Shown here one piece after another: positions 27,360 to 34,117 of a stretch of 64,000 bases of DNA (within the stretch, counting starts at the first letter, position 1; each line of letters begins with the position of its first letter). Origin of the DNA: a virus. A program made the translations under genes and the position numbers. The DNA is taken from IMG/VR virus record IMGVR_UViG_3300025853_009406, positions 32,001 through 96,000 of that record; one strand, written 5' to 3'. The notes beneath the pieces are model-generated. The model did not search any database. It was not told the DNA's origin and saw nothing but the letters and a program-made list of their open reading frames with translations.

Positions 27360-27510
27360 GTAGGTCTTTTCATGCACGCCACTTGCTCTTTAGAGAAGCA
27401 AGAAACTCATATTAGGGTCATATGACTCCACCACACATTTTTGAGAGAAATGAGAAACTCCAGGGGTCAATGACCATCCCGACCAGGATTTTTATAGACT
27501 CTCCATGTCT
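27360..27510 (-). ncRNA. manA/wcaG-like structured RNA (tandem pseudoknot-like units ending UGGYG)
   Basis: Units GAGUUUCUCAUUUCUCUCAAAAAUGUGUGGUG and GAGUUUCUUGCUUCUCUAAAGAGCAAGUGGCG; lies upstream of the isomerase and gmd genes, the context reported for these cyanophage motifs. Confidence 0.65.
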
Positions 27511-27725
27511 TAGGCAACTTCAACAGTTTCAAGATCATTATAAAGATATTCCATTAAAATCTCATAATCATCAAGAGGATCTCCAGAGAAAACTACTCCA
27601 CTATTTCCATAAAAGCGTCGAACTTTTTTATAAAGTTTTGGATTTTTAACATCCAAAAAGATTTCTCCATTTGCAGCAGACCTAAGTGTATTGATGTCTT
27701 TTTTGAACTTTTCTGTAAGTGCCAT
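27510..27725 (-). CDS. hypothetical protein
   Basis: ORF downstream of a consensus promoter; start MALTEK. Confidence 0.7.
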   Translation of the reverse strand: MALTEKFKKDINTLRSAANGEIFLDVKNPKLYKKVRRFYGNSGVVFSGDPLDDYEILMEYLYNDLETVEVA

Positions 27726-27747
27726 TTTTTTGAGTGTTGACATTTAT

Positions 27748-27776
27748 ATTATAATGGTTTGACAGTTTACTGTCAA
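27748..27776 (-). promoter_or_regulatory. sigma70-type promoter
   Basis: TTGACA-N17-TATAAT, perfect consensus. Confidence 0.85.
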
Positions 27777-27800
27777 TAGGACATAAGTGGTTATGTCCAA

Positions 27801-27874
27801 TGCAGGTTAAGGGAATTGAACCCTTCTTAGCCGCTTTATGAGAACGGAGCATTCAACCAGATTGCTAAACCTGC
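27801..27874 (-). tRNA. tRNA with CAU anticodon (probably Ile2; elongator Met not excluded)
   Basis: Cloverleaf GCAGGTT...CCGTT-CTCATAA-AGCGG...GGTTCAATTCC...AACCTGC-A; no encoded CCA. Confidence 0.88.
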
Positions 27875-27897
27875 TCGTCTAGAAACTCTGCTAGAAG

Positions 27898-28089
27898 TCA
27901 AGATCCTTCTTGGTGATCTGTGTACAAGCGTATGAGTTCATCATCTGCTGGAACCATAACTGCAGTTTGCTCATTTTCTTCGTTTTTGATTCCTATATGC
28001 TCCCCATTCTCAACTCTTTCAATCAAAGTTTCCCAGTTATTTTGCCAATATTCCACTGTGTAAATTTCAATAGTTGTTGTATTTATCAT
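27898..28089 (-). CDS. hypothetical protein
   Basis: ORF; LIERVENGEHIGI pattern loosely resembles Phd/YefM-type folds. Confidence 0.55.
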   Translation of the reverse strand: MINTTTIEIYTVEYWQNNWETLIERVENGEHIGIKNEENEQTAVMVPADDELIRLYTDHQEGS

Positions 28090-28657
28090 ATGATTCAAAG
28101 AATATTTTTTTGTAATCAGAAATAAAATTATAGAATGCTTTTGAAGGTCTTTGAGATTTTAGATTAAATGTCAATGAAGTTGATATATGTTCTTTAGGAA
28201 TAACATTTTCCAACTCGTAAACTTTTAGATAATCTATAATAAACAAAGAACAGATTTCTGGATCTAAACTTTGCATGAATAATCTCTCAAGTCTTTCCGT
28301 AGATTCTTGACAGTTTTGAGGTATTTTATAATAGTTATCAGAAAAGTCTTTGGTTTCTATTCTATTGTTTTCTATGTGGTCTTCAATCGGGGATGTATTT
28401 TTTTCCAAATAATATCTGCAGAATCTTGTAAAGATATTTTCCATATAAACTGCATTATATTCTGCAACCTCATTGACATCTAGTTTAAAGTTCCAAGGCA
28501 TTCCACTGAAGCAACATACGATATGTGCAATATCATGTGTTGGAGTTGTTGGAGGAACCTCATCACTATGTAAAGTTAAAACTTGATTGTCAGAATAAAA
28601 AACTTTAAAGAGTGTATTTCCTTTATCCCAAGACCAAAAAATTTCTTTTACTTCCAT
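28067..28657 (-). CDS. hypothetical protein
   Basis: 196-aa AT-rich ORF. Confidence 0.6.
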   Translation of the reverse strand: MEVKEIFWSWDKGNTLFKVFYSDNQVLTLHSDEVPPTTPTHDIAHIVCCFSGMPWNFKLDVNEVAEYNAVYMENIFTRFCRYYLEKNTSPIEDHIENNRIETKDFSDNYYKIPQNCQESTERLERLFMQSLDPEICSLFIIDYLKVYELENVIPKEHISTSLTFNLKSQRPSKAFYNFISDYKKIFFESYDKYNNY

Positions 28658-28675
28658 CAGAATAATAAAGGGTAA

Positions 28676-28696
28676 TCGGAATGACAGGATTGGAAC
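28676..28696 (-). pseudogene. 3' remnant of a tRNA-Pro-like gene
   Basis: GTTCCAATCCTGTCATTCCGA resembles the T-loop and 3' acceptor strand of tRNA-Pro; no 5' half. Confidence 0.45.
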
Positions 28697-28724
28697 GTCT
28701 CAAGTTCCTGATGTAGTAATCATA

Positions 28725-28889
28725 CTACTTTTTATGCCGTTTGTCAAATGGTTCCCAATGTTCCCATCCATATTTGTGAACTGCCCACATACCAAGGATA
28801 GGGACAAAGACGAGAGACGCTGAAAGAAATCCCATAGTCCATGGATTATTTAGTACCCATCGAGAAAAATGTGCTACTTCATGTATCAT
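28725..28889 (-). CDS. small membrane protein
   Basis: ORF with a hydrophobic segment. Confidence 0.55.
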   Translation of the reverse strand: MIHEVAHFSRWVLNNPWTMGFLSASLVFVPILGMWAVHKYGWEHWEPFDKRHKK

Positions 28890-28932
28890 GGATTTTAAGG
28901 TATAAAACATGAAAGTAAAATTAAAGTTTCCA

Positions 28933-29058
28933 TTACATACTCCCATTTCTAAATCCTACTATATACCCAAGTAGAAGTCCGCACATAAATGATACCCACA
29001 GGTATAGCACATGAGATGTAAATGCAATAAACTCCATCCATTCAGTATACGTCATCAT
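28933..29058 (-). CDS. small membrane protein (41 aa)
   Basis: Manual translation MMTYTEWMEFIAFTSHVLYLWVSFMCGLLLGYIVGFRNGSM. Confidence 0.5.
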   Translation of the reverse strand: MMTYTEWMEFIAFTSHVLYLWVSFMCGLLLGYIVGFRNGSM

Positions 29059-29152
29059 CCCCCTCGTAAAGTGGGCATGGTTCTTCGAATAACAATAGCA
29101 TTCGCATCTCTTTAACTTTTTCCTGCAACTTTTCGTAGTCTTCTTCAGTCAT
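29042..29152 (-). CDS. small acidic protein (36 aa)
   Basis: Manual translation MTEEDYEKLQEKVKEMRMLLLFEEPCPLYEGDDDVY; ATGA overlap with the upstream gene. Confidence 0.5.
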   Translation of the reverse strand: MTEEDYEKLQEKVKEMRMLLLFEEPCPLYEGDDDVY

Positions 29153-29352
29153 AATGTGATGTTCATCCATGAGAATACGGGTGGTATTACTCCAATAAGT
29201 CGAAGTAAACCCTCAGCAAAAAGTGCAAGAACAACCCAACCAACACACATACTAATAATCGAAGCATTCCGATTATGACGACGTATTGCAGCATCGATCA
29301 TCTCCTGGACTTCACTGCGACTTACATAATCATCATCAAAAGGACTCATCAT
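29149..29352 (-). CDS. small membrane protein
   Basis: ORF track; transmembrane segment; overlapping start/stop codons. Confidence 0.6.
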   Translation of the reverse strand: MMSPFDDDYVSRSEVQEMIDAAIRRHNRNASIISMCVGWVVLALFAEGLLRLIGVIPPVFSWMNITL

Positions 29353-29498
29353 TTCTCGTCCCCCAGATACTTTGCTGCTGGATCTTTTTTAGTCTTTACT
29401 ATAGCACAAGCTCTTTTGTAAAACATGTTGTCTGTATTCCCAGACTCTTCAAAAACAGCTTTGACCTTTACCCAGTTTTGATAAGTATGATCGTCCAT
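29349..29498 (-). CDS. small hypothetical protein (49 aa)
   Basis: Manual translation MDDHTYQNWVKVKAVFEESGNTDNMFYKRA... Confidence 0.55.
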   Translation of the reverse strand: MDDHTYQNWVKVKAVFEESGNTDNMFYKRACAIVKTKKDPAAKYLGDEK

Positions 29499-29619
29499 GT
29501 GTTTTTAGCTTATTTACTAGTTATGATATTATTCTAGTGACTAGTAAAAAACTTGCATGGTTTATATCGATACCGTAACACTGTTTAAGAAAATATTAAA
29601 TATTAAATATTAAATAAAA

Positions 29620-29639
29620 AGGAAGATCAGGGATTCGAA
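29620..29639 (-). pseudogene. 3' remnant of a tRNA-Ser-like gene
   Basis: TTCGAAT-CCCTG-ATCTTCC-T: T-loop, 3' T-stem and acceptor strand only. Confidence 0.55.
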
Positions 29640-29642
29640 GTT

Positions 29643-29903
29643 TTAGCGGACTTCAAAGTCCAACTTACGAACATTGCGTTGTCTTCTTGCCTCTTGCCAG
29701 GCAATATCTTCAGGACTTAAAACATTATTTGATTGCTTTGACTTGTAAGTGTTTAACATAACTACCTGAGATAAGTCAACTGCAGAAATATTTTCATAAT
29801 CTCTAATGGTTGCCATATTTGGACAACCACAAGTAACAGTTTTTCCGACAACCCCTAAAAGTTCTTTAGAACATGACTTGCATCTTATTTTTACAGGATC
29901 CAT
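29643..29903 (-). CDS. putative Zn-binding hypothetical protein
   Basis: CKSC...CGCPN; start MDPVK; TATAAATA at 29924-29931. Confidence 0.7.
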   Translation of the reverse strand: MDPVKIRCKSCSKELLGVVGKTVTCGCPNMATIRDYENISAVDLSQVVMLNTYKSKQSNNVLSPEDIAWQEARRQRNVRKLDFEVR

Positions 29904-29932
29904 AATATAACATGCTTTCTTATTATTTATAA

Positions 29933-30005
29933 TGGAGAATAGCGGACTCGAACCGCTGACAGCCTGCTTGCAAAGCAGATACTCTACCAACTGAGCTAAT
30001 TCCCC
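29933..30005 (-). tRNA. tRNA-Ala(UGC)
   Basis: Full cloverleaf, TGC anticodon, G3:U70 pair. Confidence 0.97.
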
Positions 30006-30006
30006 T

Positions 30007-30033
30007 TGCCCGTTAGGTTGGACTCGAACCAAC
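30007..30033 (-). pseudogene. isolated tRNA T-arm remnant
   Basis: GTTGG-TTCGAGT-CCAAC followed by CTAACGGGCA; no D or anticodon arm. Confidence 0.5.
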
Positions 30034-30062
30034 TACTGAATGTAAGGAACCAAAAGGTTCAG

Positions 30063-30133
30063 AGCGAAATACGGGATTCGAACCCGTGACACCAACTTGG
30101 AAGGATGGGATGTTACCACTACACCAATTTCGC
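30063..30133 (-). tRNA. tRNA-Gly(UCC)
   Basis: GCGAAAT acceptor stem, CTTCCAA loop, GGTTCGAATCC, U discriminator. Confidence 0.95.
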
Positions 30134-30200
30134 ATTTGATGGAGTAAGTGTGATATATCTCATAAGGATATAACAGTGACTTACCCTCTATCACTTTTAT

Positions 30201-30229
30201 ATATTACACCAGTTCTTGGATATTGTCAA
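30201..30229 (-). promoter_or_regulatory. sigma70-type promoter
   Basis: TTGACA-N17-TAATAT; the -35 box overlaps the HNH stop codon. Confidence 0.65.
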
Positions 30230-30696
30230 GTCCAAAGGTTATGGTCATATTCCCAGTGGCAATTTGGACATAATGGCATTATGTTTTCCTTTGAGTTTAT
30301 AACACTAATCATAACTTCTTCACTAAAAGAAGATATTGGTTTTATGTGAGCAATTTCTATATGTTTATTATATCCACATTTAACACATTCGGTAAATCCA
30401 AGTTTTTTTCCAAATGCTCTTGCTCGTGTTCTTACCAAAGCAAATGCTGAGGACTTGTGATGTTTTTCATATATTGCTTCTTTAAGGGTCATATCTTTTA
30501 CTTCTCTATCTTTTAACCATATCAAATAGTGTTCTTTACAACGAGCACGATTTGCTGTTATTGCTTTTCCACAATCAATACATTTATGCTCTGGTTTTCT
30601 TTTAGGAACTTTTTTATTATTATAAGAAGCAGCACAACTTCTTCCACAAAATTTTGGATTTTTTGTTTCTACTTTACAAAACAAGCACTTATTCAT
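30226..30696 (-). CDS. free-standing HNH endonuclease with N-terminal Zn fingers
   Basis: CVKCG...EIAHIK...NIMPLCPNCH; CLFC...FCGRSC and CIDC motifs. Confidence 0.88.
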   Translation of the reverse strand: MNKCLFCKVETKNPKFCGRSCAASYNNKKVPKRKPEHKCIDCGKAITANRARCKEHYLIWLKDREVKDMTLKEAIYEKHHKSSAFALVRTRARAFGKKLGFTECVKCGYNKHIEIAHIKPISSFSEEVMISVINSKENIMPLCPNCHWEYDHNLWT

Positions 30697-30700
30697 AATG

Positions 30701-30739
30701 GAACCTTAAAGTTATTTTTATTTATAAACCTTAAGGTTC
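30701..30739 (-). promoter_or_regulatory. 13-bp hairpin with late promoter TATAAATA in its loop
   Basis: GAACCUUAAGGUU-UAUAAAUAAAAAU-AACUUUAAGGUUC, ending 4 nt before the HNH AUG. Confidence 0.85.
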
Positions 30740-30745
30740 AAAAAA

Positions 30746-31028
30746 CGTCTCAGGAGGGACTCGAACCCCCGACCAACTGCTTAGCTTACCACTACGGATT
30801 TCCCCGCCATTTCTGTTTGTGGTCTGGACTTTCTCTTTACCATATCCTAAAAGGACTTAGGCACTTCCCGTCAAGTCTCTACACCTTCATCTTACGATGC
30901 TTGGCTCGGGATTATCATAGTCTTAAGACTTTAGAGTTCCCCGAATTTGAGAAGTTACATTTATAAAGTTTCCCTTATAAAGCTCCTTTGTTAAAGGCAG
31001 ATGCTCTTTCCAACTGAGCTACTGAGAC
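30746..31028 (-). tRNA. tRNA-Arg(UCU), split by an intron (exons 31028-30994 and 30784-30746)
   Basis: Joined exons give GTCTCAG...TCTGC-CTTCTAA-GCAGT...GGTTCGAGTCC...CTGAGAC-G. Confidence 0.92.
30785..30993 (-). ncRNA. group I intron (IC3-like), 209 nt, no ORF
   Basis: Exon ends in U, intron ends in G. Core elements CUCAAAUUCGGGGAAC, AAUCCCGAGCCAAGC, GAAGGUGUAGAGACUUGACGG, AAAGAGAAAGUCC; P2 GAAA tetraloop. Confidence 0.93.
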
Positions 31029-31114
31029 AAGAGACCTCCCTGTTTGTGCATCGTTGAGAGGCATGGGAGGGGTGAGACTTATACGAAGTGTGGACCTTCG
31101 CTGCTCATAAGACA

Positions 31115-31143
31115 ATCATACCAGTTAAAGATTTGATTGTCAA
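31115..31143 (-). promoter_or_regulatory. sigma70-type promoter for the tRNA cluster
   Basis: TTGACA-N17-TATGAT with an extended -10 TG. Confidence 0.8.
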
Positions 31144-31210
31144 GTGTTTTGAGGTCTTACTGGATTTATGAAGTGGCCAGTTTCTACACTAGTTAAAACC
31201 TCATTTTTAT

Positions 31211-31396
31211 TTATTCATCGCCCAAAACAAGATATGTCATTTCTTCTTGATCTGGAGGAATATTGATCCATTCATCAAACTCTTCTGCAATCGCTACTGC
31301 GTCAAACTGAGATTCAATATCACCTTCTGCAAGGTCATGGATTCTATTGATTGACCATTCACGAATAAGTTTTACTGGTTCAATCGTCTTTTCCAT
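31211..31396 (-). CDS. hypothetical protein (61 aa)
   Basis: Start reassigned to MEKTIEP; the longer called ORF overlaps a pseudogene in another frame. Confidence 0.6.
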   Translation of the reverse strand: MEKTIEPVKLIREWSINRIHDLAEGDIESQFDAVAIAEEFDEWINIPPDQEEMTYLVLGDE

Positions 31397-31622
31397 AATA
31401 ATCTTTTCTGAAGTATCTGCTGAGGATGTTACTATTGTAGTATGCTGGTTCTCCTGTGTCAAGGGATTCGGTGAGGACGTTGTTCTGGAAGAGTTGTTTT
31501 GTTTCTTCAAAGTTTGTTTTGCCTTTTGTTTTGTGGAGGGAGAGGATAGTCCGTCTGAATATCCCCTTGCCATATTTTTCCACATCTTCTTTAAGTTCTG
31601 GGCAAGATCCATAATAGTTTTT
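31380..31622 (-). pseudogene. C-terminal fragment of a disrupted GIY-YIG endonuclease gene
   Basis: KNYYGSCPELKEDVEKYGKGIFRRTILSL...YYNSNILSRYF; in-frame stop just upstream. Confidence 0.8.
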
Positions 31623-31661
31623 ATAGGTGTTATCATCTTAAGATATTTATGGAATAAAGTC

Positions 31662-31706
31662 AAGAATATTTTCAGTATAAATATTTTTATGGTAGAAAAT
31701 ATTTTT
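31662..31706 (+). promoter_or_regulatory. hairpin with late promoter TATAAATA in its loop
   Basis: AAGAAUAUUUUC (31662-73) pairs with GAAAAUAUUUUU (31695-706); TATAAATA at 31676-83; stem abuts ATG 31707. Confidence 0.7.
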
Positions 31707-32411
31707 ATGACTTGGAAGTATAACAGTGAAGATTTTATAGAGTCCCCAAAGGGGATAGAAGGATTTGTTTATCTAATAACAAACTTAACCAATGATAGAA
31801 AATATATTGGAAAGAAATCTTTTTGGACAAGAAGAAAAGATAAAAAAACTGGTAGAAGAAAAACAAAAGAAAGTGATTGGAAAAATTATTTTGGTTCCTG
31901 CGATGAACTAAATGAAGATGTAAAACTTCTTGGTAAAGATATTTTTTTGAGGGAAATTCTTTATTTGTGCCCTCACAAAAAATCAATGTCTTACTATGAA
32001 ACCATGGAACAATTCAAAAGAGATGTTCTAATGACTGATGATTATTATAACACAAATATTGAAGGAAGATTTTTTGTTAGTGAAAGATCTGGAATATATG
32101 AAGTTGTTATGAAAAATGATAAGTTTTGTGATATGAGAAGTGAGAAAATGAAAGACAAATCATATAACCCAATGTATAAACCAGAAGTTCGTGAAAAATT
32201 TAGTAAGATGTATTCGGGTGAAGGGAATCCAATGTATGGAAGAAAACTCACAGAAGAACATAAAAAAACACTTACTACATCAAGAAATGTTAGAGTAAGT
32301 GATGGAGAAAATGTTTGGGAAAGTGTTACTTCATATATGAAAGATAAAAAAATTGGGTTTAAAAAATATAAAGCACAATTACAAGAGGGATTAATTTTTA
32401 TCGTTAACTAA
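31707..32411 (+). CDS. GIY-YIG (Seg-like) homing endonuclease with a NUMOD3 motif
   Basis: GFVYLITN...YIGKK, YFGS, YYNTN, GEGNPMYGRKLTEEHKK; the only clear plus-strand gene. Confidence 0.9.
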   Translation: MTWKYNSEDFIESPKGIEGFVYLITNLTNDRKYIGKKSFWTRRKDKKTGRRKTKESDWKNYFGSCDELNEDVKLLGKDIFLREILYLCPHKKSMSYYETMEQFKRDVLMTDDYYNTNIEGRFFVSERSGIYEVVMKNDKFCDMRSEKMKDKSYNPMYKPEVREKFSKMYSGEGNPMYGRKLTEEHKKTLTTSRNVRVSDGENVWESVTSYMKDKKIGFKKYKAQLQEGLIFIVN

Positions 32412-32559
32412 TTCTATTATATTTTCTCCCAACGTATTGTCGTTGGTTGGAGAGATTGGTAATGTTATAAACAAAACCAAAGTAGTCCCCAATATCATCG
32501 CTATTAAAAGCTCGTTCCATGTAAATCCAAGGATTTTCATAATCAATATCGATATTCAT
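32404..32559 (-). pseudogene. N-terminal fragment of the disrupted GIY-YIG endonuclease gene
   Basis: MNIDIDYENPWIYMERAFNSDDIGDYFGFVYNITNLSNQRQYVGRKY then NRIS*. Confidence 0.8.
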
Positions 32560-32704
32560 CAAGTATATCAAGAACTTTGTTTAAGTATTTATGAGCAAGA
32601 TCTCTCTCACCCTTCAATACTGATGAAGGTTCTTGATCTACCTGAGTCTTTAATTTTAGCACACGAACCTTGAGTTCGTCTTTCTTTACTCCATTGCTTG
32701 GCAT
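32543..32704 (-). CDS. hypothetical protein (53 aa)
   Basis: Manual translation MPSNGVKKDELKVRVLKLK...AHKYLNKVLDILDEYRY. Confidence 0.55.
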   Translation of the reverse strand: MPSNGVKKDELKVRVLKLKTQVDQEPSSVLKGERDLAHKYLNKVLDILDEYRY

Positions 32705-32908
32705 AAAAAATGTTGTATCTTCACTATCTATGTTGTTATTCCAGTAAACTCATCAAGCACATCATGATTTCCAAACATAAAGTCATCATATTCTGCTGCT
32801 CGTTTATAAGCATCTAAACAAAGTTTAACTTCATCCTTGCTTGGTTTAGGAGGAGTCAATGGTTCGATTGAATCCATAAACTCCCACTCTTCTTTATATT
32901 TTTCTATA

Positions 32909-34090
32909 CTATAGCTTGAATCCTGAGAATGTGTTGGACTGGACATCTTGTTTAATTCCTCCTACTAAGTAAGATTCTGATTCAGTCTCCTGAGGAGCAA
33001 CTTGAAGACCTTTGGAAGAAATCCAATGCTGCGTCCATGGGAGTGGATTATTATTCGCAGAAATATCATACTGAGGTTTTAACCCGATTGCTTTTAATCT
33101 CCTATTGGCAATCCATTCTACATACTGTTTTAGCAGTTTGTCGTTCAAACCAATCATAGATCCATCTTTGAACAAATAATCTGCCCACTTCTTTTCTTCA
33201 TTTACGGCAAGATCAAATGCCTTATAAGTCCACTCTTGTTCTTCATCTATGATCTTTTTCATTTCAGGATCATCACCAGATTTCCATTTGTTCAAAATGT
33301 TTTGAGTAATTGCAAGATGCTGATTTTCGTCTCTGGCGATGAGAGAGATAATCTTAGCGGATCCTTCCATAAGTTTGAGTTCTCCAAATGCAAACGAGCA
33401 AGCGAAGGAGACATAGAACCTAATACCTTCAAGAATATTGACATTTGCAACTGCTCTGTACAGTTTTCGTTTGACATCATTGATCTCCCATTTAGAACTT
33501 GGTGAAGATCTGAAGTCTTCTTTCCACATATTGCCAGTGCCCCACATTTGAGCACTACGAATAAAGTCATCATATGCTTCTGTAACGCTTCTAGAACGCT
33601 CTAGAATACGCTCGTCAGTGACAATCTTATCAAATACTTCAGATGGGTCTGAATAAACGTTTTTAATGATGTATGTATAAGAGCGACTATGGATCATTTC
33701 CATGAATCCCCACACTTCTATACATGCCTCAAGTTCAGGGAGTGAGCAATATGGAAGGAATGCCATATTAGGTCCACGACCCTGAATAGAATCAAGCATG
33801 ATCTGATACTTCAAGTTAGAAGTATAGATGTGTTTCTGTTCTGGTTCTAGTGTTTGATAATCTCCACGATCTTTTTGTAGTGAGACTTCCTCTGGTCTCC
33901 AAAAATATCCAAGTTGTTGAGTAGTAAGTTTATCAAAGATTGGATATTTGTAAGAATCATATCTTTGTGGACCTAAAGGTTTACCAAAGAACATTGGTTG
34001 CTTTTTAGTGTTCACTTGTTCAGTATTAAATACTGTCATACCTTCAATCGTATTAATCTGTTCTTTGGTTGTCAGAAAGTCGTATTGCAT
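32909..34090 (-). CDS. nrdB: ribonucleotide reductase class Ia beta subunit
   Basis: FWRPEE, EMIHSRSY, LEGIRFY, RDENQH, APQETE. Confidence 0.98.
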   Translation of the reverse strand: MQYDFLTTKEQINTIEGMTVFNTEQVNTKKQPMFFGKPLGPQRYDSYKYPIFDKLTTQQLGYFWRPEEVSLQKDRGDYQTLEPEQKHIYTSNLKYQIMLDSIQGRGPNMAFLPYCSLPELEACIEVWGFMEMIHSRSYTYIIKNVYSDPSEVFDKIVTDERILERSRSVTEAYDDFIRSAQMWGTGNMWKEDFRSSPSSKWEINDVKRKLYRAVANVNILEGIRFYVSFACSFAFGELKLMEGSAKIISLIARDENQHLAITQNILNKWKSGDDPEMKKIIDEEQEWTYKAFDLAVNEEKKWADYLFKDGSMIGLNDKLLKQYVEWIANRRLKAIGLKPQYDISANNNPLPWTQHWISSKGLQVAPQETESESYLVGGIKQDVQSNTFSGFKL

Positions 34091-34117
34091 TCGTTGCCTC
34101 GTTAAAATATAAAGTCG

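Noticed and set aside
27296-27649. ORFs called across the structured RNA region, including an extended cupin N-terminus
   Set aside because: They cross a terminator and RNA stems; cupin homology begins at 27295
29591-29615. (AAATATT)x3 tandem repeat
   Set aside because: Short AT-rich run with no supporting context; an origin cannot be claimed
29904-30032. N-terminal extension of the 129-aa ORF
   Set aside because: Overlaps tRNA-Ala; the true start is likely 29903
30529-30966. 145-aa plus-strand ORF spanning the intron
   Set aside because: Antisense to the HNH gene, tRNA exon and intron core; no recognisable motifs
31347-31706. 120-aa N-terminal extension of the GIY-YIG ORF
   Set aside because: Antisense read-through of the pseudogene fragment; promoter and hairpin point to ATG 31707
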